Shown in pieces: positions 10,129 to 19,866 of a DNA stretch of 64,000 bases (position 1 is its first letter; each line of letters begins with the position of its first letter). Source of the DNA: a virus; IMG/VR virus record IMGVR_UViG_3300047462_000172; one strand, given 5' to 3'. Made by a program: the position numbers and the translations under genes. Under the pieces are notes generated by a model. It was not told the origin of the DNA. It saw only the letters and a program-made list of their open reading frames with translations, and did not search any database.

Positions 10129-10386
10129 ATGAAAGATGCAATTGTTTATTATCTTTGGAACTATGGAATCCTTATTGGTGTTCTTTCTGCGATCTTTTTT
10201 TCGCAGATTTGGTACTTGAGTTGGTTCTATATCCAATTTTCAAAAATGTTCTCTTGGTTGCCAACCTGGGGAACTACTGCTTCTAAAATAAGGAACTTGA
10301 CGAGTGCTTTCGTTTTTTCCGTATTTTCAATTTGTGCGATTATAGTCGCGGGTATGATCGTTTACTTCAAAGTACATTTATCATGA
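10129..10386 (+). CDS. Small 2-TM membrane protein
   Basis: Two hydrophobic helices, ATGA-coupled on both sides. Confidence 0.6.
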   Translation: MKDAIVYYLWNYGILIGVLSAIFFSQIWYLSWFYIQFSKMFSWLPTWGTTASKIRNLTSAFVFSVFSICAIIVAGMIVYFKVHLS

Positions 10387-10703
10387 CAAAGGAACCTCAA
10401 ATGGAACGAAGACTAAATGTTCGACACAAAGCACGAACAAAGGTACATATTCGTACTGAAGGGAAAACTGCGAGACTTTGTCAGGCTGTTAACCTCTCTG
10501 CAACTGGTGTTGCTGTTATCACAGAGGAAATGGGACTTCGAACCGGAATGATTTGTGAACTCTCGTTTGCGGTAAACCTTGGTGCTGTTGTTAAAATCCA
10601 TAAACGCTATGCACGAGTTGTTTATGTCAAAAATGGTATAACTGGTTTTATGATGGAGCAGTTTGGTGCTACTATCACAAACATTAATGGAGGAAAGAAA
10701 TGA
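10383..10703 (+). CDS. Stand-alone PilZ-domain protein (c-di-GMP receptor fold)
   Basis: 'ERRLNVRH' (RxxxR) and 'NLSATG' ((D/N)xSxxG), then beta-strand pattern and 'G+.F' ending. Start taken at the ATGA overlap 10383. Confidence 0.8.
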   Translation: MTKEPQMERRLNVRHKARTKVHIRTEGKTARLCQAVNLSATGVAVITEEMGLRTGMICELSFAVNLGAVVKIHKRYARVVYVKNGITGFMMEQFGATITNINGGKK

Positions 10704-11140
10704 GCGATACACTGAACAAGGCAACTGAAAAGTTGCACAAAACTATTGATAACGTCAGTTCAAGCCTTGACCAAGTGTTCTTGGATATGAACTCTGTCTT
10801 TGCAGAAGTTGATAAGGCATTTCGTCAAGATTTTGGGTTTACATCGAAAACGACTCTTACGAAAACTACAACGATCAATGGAAAGACGACCAAGGTTAAG
10901 GTTGCAGTTGATGGAGACCTTGACCTTAAGCAAAACTCCGATGGTACTTTCACAATCAATGGTGTCAAGTACAAGAAGGTAAATCCTGCACCAACAGAAG
11001 TTAACGTAGATCCAACGGATTTCAAGGTAGATCCTGCACCATCAGAAGTCAAAGAGCCTCCTGAAGCAACCAAAACTGATATCCAGAAAGTTCTTAGCGA
11101 TGCACAGAGCACATTGACGAAACTTTTTAGGAATCGATAA
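10700..11140 (+). CDS. Hypothetical protein with an internal PAP(T/S)EV repeat
   Basis: ATCCTGCACCA(A/T)CAGAAGT occurs at 10983 and 11031. Confidence 0.6.
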   Translation: MSDTLNKATEKLHKTIDNVSSSLDQVFLDMNSVFAEVDKAFRQDFGFTSKTTLTKTTTINGKTTKVKVAVDGDLDLKQNSDGTFTINGVKYKKVNPAPTEVNVDPTDFKVDPAPSEVKEPPEATKTDIQKVLSDAQSTLTKLFRNR

Positions 11141-11622
11141 TGGAAAGATTCTTTATTGGTGATATGGTTAAGCTAAATGTTGACCATCCTATTTGGTACA
11201 TGAAGAAGGGAAAGATTGTTGCTCAATCTAAAGATCAGGAAGATCACTTTATCGTTTGTATTGAAACTAATGGTAAGAAAGAGCATGCACAAGTTGCAGG
11301 ATACCAATTGATCCTTATCAATAAGGATCCTTCATTCAATAAGTTCATGACTGAGACATTACCAGAGTTGATTAAACAAGGAAAACCAGCTGTCGATGTT
11401 GACAATGATGACAGTAATGTTCTTGAGCAACCACCTCCTCCTAAACCTCAACAATCAGAAACTTACGAAGTACAAAGGTCAGCAGTTCAGAATGGAATTA
11501 AGGAAGCATTTACGTTGGGATATCAACAAGGATATGTAGCTGGTTATCAGGCATGCTCTGACGATATCAAATCGTTGATGATTGCAAATGGTTTGATTCA
11601 GAAGAAGGAAGAAGGAAAATGA
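11140..11622 (+). CDS. Hypothetical protein (N-terminal SH3/KOW-like beta pattern)
   Basis: 'F.IGDMVKL....KGKIV' pattern. Confidence 0.55.
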   Translation: MERFFIGDMVKLNVDHPIWYMKKGKIVAQSKDQEDHFIVCIETNGKKEHAQVAGYQLILINKDPSFNKFMTETLPELIKQGKPAVDVDNDDSNVLEQPPPPKPQQSETYEVQRSAVQNGIKEAFTLGYQQGYVAGYQACSDDIKSLMIANGLIQKKEEGK

Positions 11623-11999
11623 AACTAATAAACAGAGGAGTGTTGGATTACTTTCGTGATCATGCGAATGCCTTGCACAAGGCTATTGGTCAATGCAAGA
11701 GTCCAAACGACAGGATCAAACTATCAATGACTCGTACAGAAGCAGAGGTGCTCGTTGATCACTGGGAACTTTTGTTGATGGTTGCAAATAGTGAAGAGGA
11801 ATTTCCTTCCGGTCCAGTCTCTGATTTGCAGAAGAAGATTGCAATCGACTGGGTTAAACAGTGTGCTGAATCGTTGCCATTTACACCACCTGATTTTCCT
11901 GAACAAGCATATCAAAATGCTGGGACTACAATGTCCGATAAAGACTTTCGTGAAGGAATCCAAAAGTGGAATGAAATCGAACGAGGGGAACGCAAATGA
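11619..11999 (+). CDS. Hypothetical protein
   Basis: ATGA-coupled ORF. Confidence 0.6.
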   Translation: MKLINRGVLDYFRDHANALHKAIGQCKSPNDRIKLSMTRTEAEVLVDHWELLLMVANSEEEFPSGPVSDLQKKIAIDWVKQCAESLPFTPPDFPEQAYQNAGTTMSDKDFREGIQKWNEIERGERK

Positions 12000-12651
12000 G
12001 TACTTCAGGTGGTTGGTGCTCTCGTGCTGGATTTGAAGATTGTTTTTGTGGAGCAGTAAAGCCACAATACGACGGTAAAGACGATACGATAAGGGAACAA
12101 GCTGAAATCATAGAAATACTTGAAGCTGCACTAACGCGTATTCTAGGTACAGCTAATGAACCAGGACAACAAGGCAATCGTGAAGTGCAGATTGCAAATA
12201 TCGCAACGATTGCTGCTGATGCGTTGAATCCACCACTCGAGTATCCACGCAAATGAGCATGTTAGATGAAGATGGGTCGCAATGGTGGCACTTTTACATT
12301 TGGTTAGGTTCTGTCCGAATTGAACTTCCACGTCCTCTTACAAGATGGGAGAGGATCCGTTGTTGGTTCTCTCCGTTTAGTTATCAAGAGAGTTTCGAAA
12401 TACCAAGTTTTAGCAAAGCTAAAATACAAAAATACCCAATTTTAAGGATCAACAATGATTTTCTCAATTTGGAACGGCACGTGGAATGACGTACCCGTTT
12501 TAGTCAATAACAAAGATAGGTTTGGATTCAAAACTGTTCTTGCCATTTGGTGTGAGAATATTGTATCGTTGGTACTTGGGATACCAATGGCAATTTACAT
12601 ACTGTTATTTTTGGGTTTTGCGCATTTGATAGATAAAATAAAAAGGAAAAA

Positions 12652-13125
12652 ATGACATTCAAAAGCACGAAAAGATTTGGACCGATTTCAGTTGGACATA
12701 GACAATGGCGAGATGATGGGCACTGCGCATTTGTCCATGGATATGGAAGGTATGTTGAATTTGTATTCGAAGGTGAACCAGATCATCGTCAATGGGTCCT
12801 TGATTTTGGTGATCTAAAAGATGTCAAAACGTGGATCGATCAGCAATGGGATCATAGACTCTTACTTGCAAGCGACGATCCTCTGTTAGATACATTTTTG
12901 GTACTACACGATGCTGGTGGCTGCAACATTAATATAATGGATATCAGGCAAGGTTGGGGACCTGGGATTGAGGGTAGTTGCAAATTTTTGTACGATCAGA
13001 TTCAACCAATGATTTCCGAAAAGACAAACTATAGAGTACGAATCGCAAGCGTTCGAGTTTGGGAACACGAGAATAATTCCGCTTACTATATCCCAATGTA
13101 TGGGACACGAGAGGAATTAAAATGA
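12652..13125 (+). CDS. queD: QueD / PTPS family protein (copy 2)
   Basis: 'FKSTKRFG...GHRQWRDDGHCAFVHGY', 'WVLDFGDLK..K.W....WDH', 'V.VWEHENNSA'. Confidence 0.85.
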   Translation: MTFKSTKRFGPISVGHRQWRDDGHCAFVHGYGRYVEFVFEGEPDHRQWVLDFGDLKDVKTWIDQQWDHRLLLASDDPLLDTFLVLHDAGGCNINIMDIRQGWGPGIEGSCKFLYDQIQPMISEKTNYRVRIASVRVWEHENNSAYYIPMYGTREELK

Positions 13126-13619
13126 GAAATTTGGTTATGTACCCAGTAGATGCAGATGAAATCTTTCAAACAGTTGAAAGATTGCCTGACTCCGAAGCAG
13201 TTGGTGATTTAAGTGGTTATATTAAGGTAAGTCTCCAAACGTACTTTAAGAACGACGAGCATATGAATGCACTACTTGAACAGATGAGAATCAAATGACA
13301 ACAGTCTACCATGCAGCAATTTATTGTAAGTACGAGGGTGCAACTCAAGCACAAGGTATTTTTGCAACTGAAGAGGAAGCACGTAAAGCTGCTCCTTGGT
13401 TTACAGAAAATGCTGAGTACTTTAACAAAAAGGATGGGTTGGTCTTTCACGTTTCGCAATTTGAATTCAACAACAATGCAACTTTTGATCCTGAACTTAA
13501 TTCGCTCGTTGAACGTCTTCAGTATAAAATAGATGATCCAGATAATATGTACAAAGGAACAACATTCGAACCAAATTCAGAAGATATTGAAATGTTAGAG
13601 AAACTTAAAGGATACCAAA

Positions 13620-13799
13620 ATGCCACTCTATGAATACCGCTGCAAGAGTTGTCAACATGTGTTTACAGAACTTGCAAAATTTGAAGATAAGATCAAGTGC
13701 CCTGAATGCAAAAAGAGCACAGAGAAGTTGATTGCAACAACCAATCATCCAGTTTTTGTTCACCAAACACGTTTCCGCAAAAAGAGAAGGCGAGCATGA
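13620..13799 (+). CDS. FmdB-family zinc-ribbon protein (59 aa, not in ORF track)
   Basis: MPLYEYRCKSCQHVF...KCPECKK matches the MP.YEY.C..C...CP.C pattern. Confidence 0.8.
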   Translation: MPLYEYRCKSCQHVFTELAKFEDKIKCPECKKSTEKLIATTNHPVFVHQTRFRKKRRRA

Positions 13800-14008
13800 C
13801 CGTCTCTATCATACGACGTGGTACATTACCCGAAGAACTCACTTATCAATCATTATGTTTTAAGTGTTCAACATTGTTTACATATAATTTGGTTGATACA
13901 AAATGCATAGAAGATAGGGATGGGACATACTATCAAATCCCCTGCCCACTTTGCAAAAGTCAATTAACGATTTTAAAGCACAACCTCAAACCATATACAG
14001 GAAAATAA
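13796..14008 (+). CDS. Zinc-ribbon protein
   Basis: CFKC...CPLC. ATGA overlap with the FmdB-like gene. Confidence 0.6.
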   Translation: MTVSIIRRGTLPEELTYQSLCFKCSTLFTYNLVDTKCIEDRDGTYYQIPCPLCKSQLTILKHNLKPYTGK

Positions 14009-14012
14009 ACAA

Positions 14013-14270
14013 ATGGAAATTCAGACAAAGAGAAGTTGGAAGCAAAGAATTTGGATTGGTATTAAGGTTGCATATAATGTATTCCTGATCCTTTTTGTCC
14101 TTATCCTTGCAGATTGGAATACAAGGCTTGAGGATCAGCAACTGACGATGTATCAGGATATTGCAATCCTCGATCATAACCAGGCAACCCTTCAGAAGGA
14201 ACTTGATATCCTTGATCAAGCACTAGGCGATCTAGTACAAAGTAAGGTTGAAGGAAAGACAAAGCTATAA
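14013..14270 (+). CDS. TM plus coiled-coil protein
   Basis: One TM helix followed by heptad Leu repeats. Confidence 0.55.
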   Translation: MEIQTKRSWKQRIWIGIKVAYNVFLILFVLILADWNTRLEDQQLTMYQDIAILDHNQATLQKELDILDQALGDLVQSKVEGKTKL

Positions 14271-14700
14271 TGAATATTGCGTACGTTGAAAAAGACCCAA
14301 TAAATAAAAATTTATTTAGGGGTGGGTATTTGAGAACCGACGAGCCATGTGGACATGGAGAAGTCTCTCATACTTCATTGGAGCGTCTAACGTAATCCTT
14401 TGGTGAGTTTCAATATTTACATGAAATTTTCAACTGAAAAATTTTTGACCATGTCCTATTTTAGGTGCAAATTTGGTTTCAGCAGCCTAAAATAGGATAA
14501 AAAATTTTTGACGATGCATGAAATTATAGGATTTCAATATTTTAGCCTAAAAATACATGAAAAAATTTTATTGGTGGGACAACTCATGCGTATAGAATAA
14601 ATTTTTTAGGAATTAAGGTGATTTCCAAAAAATTAAATTCGTTGGCTATCGTAGAATCCACATCTACTGCCAGGTCAAGGGACCTCGGTCTTGTTTTTTG
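14271..14700. other. AT-rich non-coding spacer at a strand switch, with internal direct and inverted repeats
   Basis: No ORF. AAAAATTTTTGAC twice, TTTCAATATTT twice, CATGAAA three times. 12-bp inverted repeat TCCTATTTTAGG 14454-14465 / CCTAAAATAGGA 14486-14497. Confidence 0.75.
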
Positions 14701-14705
14701 GACTC

Positions 14706-14738
14706 GCAGTAGTCTCACCATCATAGTGAGACTACTGC
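14706..14738 (-). terminator. 13-bp hairpin closing the leftward gene arm
   Basis: GCAGTAGTCTCAC-N7-GTGAGACTACTGC, 13 bp past the last leftward stop. Near-identical copy at 17219-17250. Confidence 0.6.
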
Positions 14739-15668
14739 TGTAAGTGCTTGATTACACTATATAACTTATCACTCTGTCATCATATTGAGTTGATGCAACA
14801 GCCCACTTGCCACTCTCGCCCATTGCAGCCACTTGTTGCATGAACGACTCCCATGTATGCTTCCACATGTCAGCATCATCACTGATGTTGAACCATAAGT
14901 CTCTCATCTCACAGACATCATCATTGACATTCTCTTCTTTGATCACACCAACAATCTCAAGAGTGTTGACACTCAACTGATTTGCTATCAAACAAAGATT
15001 GACTTGTTTCATTTACATTCACTCTGTAAGAACAACAAGAACATCATCATACTATTATAGTTGTTAGTCAATGAGCACACGCAAGGAACACTACCTTGTC
15101 TTGATACTCCTGCTCGCTGATCATCCTACCATCTCCTTAGTTATCCAGACAGGCAACCGACTGGTGCAACTGATGCAACCATCTTCATCCATCAATGATA
15201 CTTCTGTGAAGTTGTCATTGAATACCAGTGGGCACTTCAGTGCATCCAACACAAAGTGAAGAACAGGCTCTTTGGGGTGAGTAGCCTTCCACTGTTGATA
15301 CTTCTTCTTGGTCAATGCTGCTGCAACGTTCATATGCTTCTCCTTGACTGGTAGAGATACCTTACATCTATGACCCTATCAAATCAATGGGCACCATCCA
15401 CAAACGTATCAGCACGAGTAGCCAAGTAGACTCGTAGTGCAAAGTCCTGATTCGCAGGAGGATCCATTCCAAGGACCTGATCGAGCTTGGCTAGTGCCTG
15501 CTTCTTACCTTCCTCAGGAGTCCGCTTTGACATCACGTAGTTATCGATCGCCTCGAGCAGCGGGAAGTTCTTTCGCATATCGTCCTGATCGAACTTCGCA
15601 TTCAAAATGTCTCGTAATCGCATGATGGTCTCCTTGACTGATGAGGGGATCTTACCCTATTGTTTGGT

Positions 15669-16070
15669 TTAGGACAACCGATCATCGACACCAGTCTGCC
15701 AGTGGTCCTGATAGGTAGGATAGTCAGCAGCAGCGGTCTCGTAGTAGATATGTCCTTCTCGTGCCATCTGCTCGATCAACTCCTTCGCTTCTTTCAAGCC
15801 GATGTTGAACATCACACGAGCAGCCTTGATCATTGAGACCTTCTTGCTGCCACCGTACTGACCGGTCGTCGCGTTCTTGATCTCATTGAGCTGCTCAGCG
15901 GAGATCGTATACGTCTCTCCGTTCCAAGCAGTCCGAACCTGAAGGACATTACCCTTATGCAGGCTCATGAACAACGCGCTGTCATACGCGAAGAGGCGGA
16001 GGGCGATTTCGACCAACTGCTCATCGGTGGTCGTGCGAATCATCTTCACTTGCTCGTAGTTCATTTGCAT
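15669..16070 (-). CDS. Protein with a ribosomal bL12 C-terminal-domain-like motif (paralogue A)
   Basis: 'KKVSMIKAARVMFNIGLKEAKELIE' compared with the bL12 CTD K..VIK.VR.....GLKEAK..VE. Confidence 0.65.
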   Translation of the reverse strand: MQMNYEQVKMIRTTTDEQLVEIALRLFAYDSALFMSLHKGNVLQVRTAWNGETYTISAEQLNEIKNATTGQYGGSKKVSMIKAARVMFNIGLKEAKELIEQMAREGHIYYETAAADYPTYQDHWQTGVDDRLS

Positions 16071-16134
16071 CTCCTTGATTTGATGAAGAGAGTATACACT
16101 ATTGGGTGATCAGGTCAATGGCTGACCTACCTGT

Positions 16135-16374
16135 TCACACCTCCCTTATCCCTAGATCACCCTTCTGCTCGATCTCTTTGATCAGATTCTCGATTGCAGC
16201 GATCACTTCGTCGTGCTTAGCACGAGGACGAAGGTTAAGTGAACGAGCGTAGAAGGTCTTCATCGAACGACCAGACGAGTGCTTCATTCCAAGCTTCTCG
16301 AGTTTGATCATGCTGATTGCAGCCTTCAATCGGAAGAGTTCGATACCATTCGGACGATCGATTATGATTGACAT
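16135..16374 (-). CDS. Hypothetical protein
   Basis: AAGGAG RBS in a cassette header; start MSIIIDRPNG. Confidence 0.6.
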   Translation of the reverse strand: MSIIIDRPNGIELFRLKAAISMIKLEKLGMKHSSGRSMKTFYARSLNLRPRAKHDEVIAAIENLIKEIEQKGDLGIREV

Positions 16375-16479
16375 TTGAATCGCTCCTTCAGTTGATAGGG
16401 AGAGTATCGCTCTCCCTATCATTTAGGTCTATCGTCTCACCTTAGTAATTGAACAAATCGATTTACGTGAGGACTATGA

Positions 16480-16839
16480 CTATATCTTCTTACAATTCGC
16501 GTGATAGGTCGAGGCGCCTGCCTTAGTCATGTTCAACTCTTTCATGAAAAGTTCGATAATCTCTCCACGAGAAGCTTGAGGATTCTGCTTGAAGATCAAC
16601 AGGGCACGCTCTTTCTTACTCAAACCACCAACGCTTGCCTCAGCCTTGACTTCAACGACTTCTTCCTGTGCAAGATGGGAAACTTCCACAACCACTTCGA
16701 CAGGAGTCTCCTCTTGAACTGACTTGATTCGTGCTTCAACAATCGACCAAACATGAGGATACTCTTTACCAGACTCCTCAGTCCAAACCAAGAGACCGTT
16801 GCGACGAAGACTGGTGCAATTGAAGTTATCGATCATCAT
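16480..16839 (-). CDS. Protein with C-terminal 'AGASTY' helical module (putative DNA-binding)
   Basis: SKKERALLIF...SRGEIIELFMKELNMTKAGASTYHANCKK. Confidence 0.7.
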   Translation of the reverse strand: MMIDNFNCTSLRRNGLLVWTEESGKEYPHVWSIVEARIKSVQEETPVEVVVEVSHLAQEEVVEVKAEASVGGLSKKERALLIFKQNPQASRGEIIELFMKELNMTKAGASTYHANCKKI

Positions 16840-16882
16840 GTGTGTTTCTCCTTACGTTGAAGAGATTATCGCTGACCTTACC

Positions 16883-17008
16883 CTATTGATCCACAGTCTC
16901 AGCAGTCAGGATCGAAGTCGTAGGGTAGGGGAGGTTTGACTCTTTGGTCCAAACAAGAACATTGTTTCGGTAGAGTGAAGTCACCTCGATTTGTTCGTTG
17001 ATTTCAGT
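16883..17008 (-). pseudogene. Start-less paralogue of the N-terminus of 16480..16839
   Basis: Reads EINEQIEVTSLYRNNVLVWTKESNLPYP versus TSLRRNGLLVWTEESGKEYP. Near-identical cassette header, but no in-frame ATG after AAGGAGA. Confidence 0.6.
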
Positions 17009-17096
17009 GGTTCTCCTTACGATGAAGAGATTATAGATAAACTTATCGTTGATGGGAAGAGGCTGCCCTATTGTAGGACAGCCTCGTTGGTCTTAC

Positions 17097-17165
17097 CTAA
17101 TCTTCGATAGGTTCGAACCTAATCATCAGTCGATCAATAAATGATTTCTTGATCTCGTATTTCAT
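17097..17165 (-). CDS. 22-aa peptide with its own cassette header
   Basis: TCAAGGAGATATCAATG, then MKYEIKKSFIDRLMIRFEPIED*. Confidence 0.5.
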   Translation of the reverse strand: MKYEIKKSFIDRLMIRFEPIED

Positions 17166-17261
17166 TGATATCTCCTTGATTTGACAAAGATATCATCCCA
17201 CTTTAATCAAATCAAAACAAGTAGTCTCACCATCATAGATGAGACTACTTGAACTTATTCG

Positions 17262-17423
17262 TTATTCGTTGATCGAACCATAAAGTCTTGTACCATTTTC
17301 ACTAACTCTTTCAATACCTGACCCATATGGTTCACCATTGTTCTGATTAGTAATATCAATAAAGACTTCTAAAGACTTGTCCTTGACATTACTAAGAATG
17401 TTGATAAGTTCTTGAATTGTCAT
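17262..17423 (-). CDS. 53-aa protein (not in ORF track)
   Basis: TCAAGGAGATGTAAATG, then MTIQELINILSNVKDKSLEVFID... Confidence 0.6.
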   Translation of the reverse strand: MTIQELINILSNVKDKSLEVFIDITNQNNGEPYGSGIERVSENGTRLYGSINE

Positions 17424-17840
17424 TTACATCTCCTTGATTGAATTGATGAGGAGAGTATAAGTCCTCTCCTCATTCAAGTCTATAGTCTCACCTACTCATC
17501 ATAACAACTTCTTCCACAAAATTCATCAATAAACGAGAGCACTACCTTGTCCTTAAGCATGCTCTCGTTTATAATTTCGAGTGCATGAGGTACATCATCG
17601 CCCATTGCGATACACCACTTGAAGTCAATATCCTCCTCATACTTCTCGTTAATTGCATCTTGCCTTTCTTCATCATCCATCAGTGCTTGGGTGAGAGAGA
17701 ATAGAATGTGCTTGTTGTCCTTATCACGCCAAACACACCTACTACCAAATTCCTTCTCTAACTTCGTAAATGACATTGAGATCTCCTTGATTTGACAAAG
17801 AGATCATCCTTGATCTCTTCATCTAAGTCTCTTGTCTCTC

Positions 17841-18155
17841 CTACTTTATTTGTCCTACTTTCATTATAATGTAGTATTGGTCAGGCTCTTCACTTTCTTC
17901 TTCATCTTGGTAATGTACTTGACCAATCCATTGTCCACTTTCATTCTTATTCCACTTGACAATAGAACCAGAATTGTTGTTGAACTTACCATTCTTATTC
18001 CACATGACAATAGAACCAGAATTGTTGTTGAACTTACTTACATACTTCTTGAGTTTCGCAACTGTATTGCTTACCTTACAAACCTCACTTGACCAATCGA
18101 TTGAAGTAGGACCACATGAGTAATTGATCTCGTCAACAAACACCAATACGTACAT
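17841..18155 (-). CDS. Hypothetical protein with an internal 16-aa tandem duplication
   Basis: KFNNNSGSIV(M/K)WNKN twice. Cassette RBS present. Confidence 0.65.
   Translation of the reverse strand: MYVLVFVDEINYSCGPTSIDWSSEVCKVSNTVAKLKKYVSKFNNNSGSIVMWNKNGKFNNNSGSIVKWNKNESGQWIGQVHYQDEEESEEPDQYYIIMKVGQIK
17942..18037. repeat. 2 x 48-bp tandem direct repeat (1 mismatch)
   Basis: CATTCTTATTCCAC(T/A)TGACAATAGAACCAGAATTGTTGTTGAACTTAC at 17942-17989 and 17990-18037. Confidence 0.95.
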
Positions 18156-18407
18156 TTGGTTCTCCTTGAATTGATGAGAAGACTATCACTCATCCTCATC
18201 ATCAGGAGAAGGACACTCATCCTCATCAGACATGTTGATCAGGTAAGAGATCACCATATCCTGAGCATTATCCTGAATGAAGGCTTTCACTTGTTCTTTA
18301 GACTGACCACCTGCAAACGGTTGGATCTCTTCAAACGAAAACGAGATAGTAATCTTCATGTGATCTCCTAATTGATGGGGAGAGTATAACCTCTCCCCAT
18401 CTTCAAG

Positions 18408-18941
18408 TTAAGCGAGTGCTGCAACAGCAGTCGGGTTGACAATATATGTCATCTTGTCAACTCTGATCGCAATGATCGATTCGACCGCATAAGTCCGAAT
18501 GATCACTTTGTTCTGAAGTCCACCTTGCTCTCCCTCCTCAGAACGAGCAGGAAGTCCAGGAATTTGATCTTTCGGAGTCAAAATACCATCGACACGATAG
18601 TGGACATCACCAGCCTTCAGGAAGATCACTTCCAAGTATTCATTTCCGTTGTGATTGACAAACGGAGTTCCAGTCTCTCGTTGACCCCAAGCACGAGGAG
18701 ATAACTGAAACGATTCAGGATCCTTACCTTCAGCAGCGAGACGTCGCTTGACCATATTGTCGTAAGCATTGACATGTTTATTACTAAACACCATGACATT
18801 CGAACCGATCGTGATCTTCGATACTCTCCCTTGCAAAGGGTTTTTTTGACCACCAGTCAACTTGACAGCAGTTTCAGTATCAAGTCCGATGAAACTTGCA
18901 CCATTCACCTTGTCTGTCATAATTTCGCGAACTGTCGACAT
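18408..18941 (-). CDS. Hypothetical protein (177 aa)
   Basis: AAGGAGAACCAAATG header; long clean ORF. Confidence 0.75.
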   Translation of the reverse strand: MSTVREIMTDKVNGASFIGLDTETAVKLTGGQKNPLQGRVSKITIGSNVMVFSNKHVNAYDNMVKRRLAAEGKDPESFQLSPRAWGQRETGTPFVNHNGNEYLEVIFLKAGDVHYRVDGILTPKDQIPGLPARSEEGEQGGLQNKVIIRTYAVESIIAIRVDKMTYIVNPTAVAALA

Positions 18942-19305
18942 TTGGTTCTCCTTACGTGATTTGGAGATTATCGCTTAGTCTTGGTTTAGGGTCAACTAGA
19001 AGACAGTGATTTCTCCTCAGAGAGTGATATGGATCCCAAAATCTTCAAGACCAACACTATCATTCAAGTCATTGATCACATCAACGACACTCCCATCACA
19101 GCCACAGTTGAACTCATCCTGAATTGCCTCGAGAAGAGCATCATAATCGACATCAGAGATATCGATGCTGCTCTCACCAAATTCCTTGATCATTTTCTTG
19201 AAGAAATGATCAACACCCTTCACCACATCAGACATCTCAACGATGATTTTCATGTGAACTCCTAACTGATGGGGAGAGTATACAGTATCTGTTGTTAGGG
19301 TCAAC

Positions 19306-19335
19306 AAAAAAGAAGGGAGTGTGCTGTCCTCCCTT
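19306..19335 (-). terminator. Intrinsic terminator
   Basis: On the minus strand: AAGGGAG-N9-CTCCCTT followed by C and T6. Confidence 0.7.
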
Positions 19336-19347
19336 TAAAGGTGTGGA

Positions 19348-19866
19348 TCACGAATCCACTGGAGAATATGGCTTATAAATCACGCGGTTAAACGCTTCTT
19401 TGATTGCTTTCAGATCCTTTTTCAGATGAGACATCTCGTATTGGACGTGAAGATTCTGAAGAATCTGTCTCTGTTCTTCGATACTCTTCACACCAAACTC
19501 TGCGAAGTGAGCAGCACAGTGTTGTGCATACTCACCCTCAAACTTATACTTACCAACCGATTCTATATTTCGAATCGCACTGTCGCTGACATTCGGATAC
19601 TTCAACCGCAACTTCGCGTACGTCAGCATCCGATCACCAACATACTTCAAGAGGTCAGGTGCATCAAACCGATACCGACGGTCAGGACTAAAGTCAACGT
19701 GAGGAACCTCACCTTCCTTACACACATGCAAGTTTGCACTGCAAGGAAGTTTCCAATGATTGGAGGGACGTGAATTCTCCCAGTATCCATCAGAGAGTTG
19801 TCCTACCAACTCACAATCAAAGAGAGTCTTCTGTACTGCATTCGCGAAATAGATGTTTGTGTTCAT
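19348..19866 (-). CDS. Hypothetical protein (172 aa)
   Basis: Own TTGACC promoter at 19896-19901. Confidence 0.7.
   Translation of the reverse strand: MNTNIYFANAVQKTLFDCELVGQLSDGYWENSRPSNHWKLPCSANLHVCKEGEVPHVDFSPDRRYRFDAPDLLKYVGDRMLTYAKLRLKYPNVSDSAIRNIESVGKYKFEGEYAQHCAAHFAEFGVKSIEEQRQILQNLHVQYEMSHLKKDLKAIKEAFNRVIYKPYSPVDS

Noticed and set aside
14706-17250. Two copies of the GTAGTCTCAC...TGAGACTAC hairpin as CRISPR repeats or IS ends
   Set aside because: Only two copies, 2.5 kb apart, each just after a stop codon, with no transposase. Terminator or operator is the simpler reading.
17942-18037. Possible CRISPR mini-array
   Set aside because: The repeats are directly adjacent with no spacer and lie in frame inside a CDS. 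No cas genes are present.
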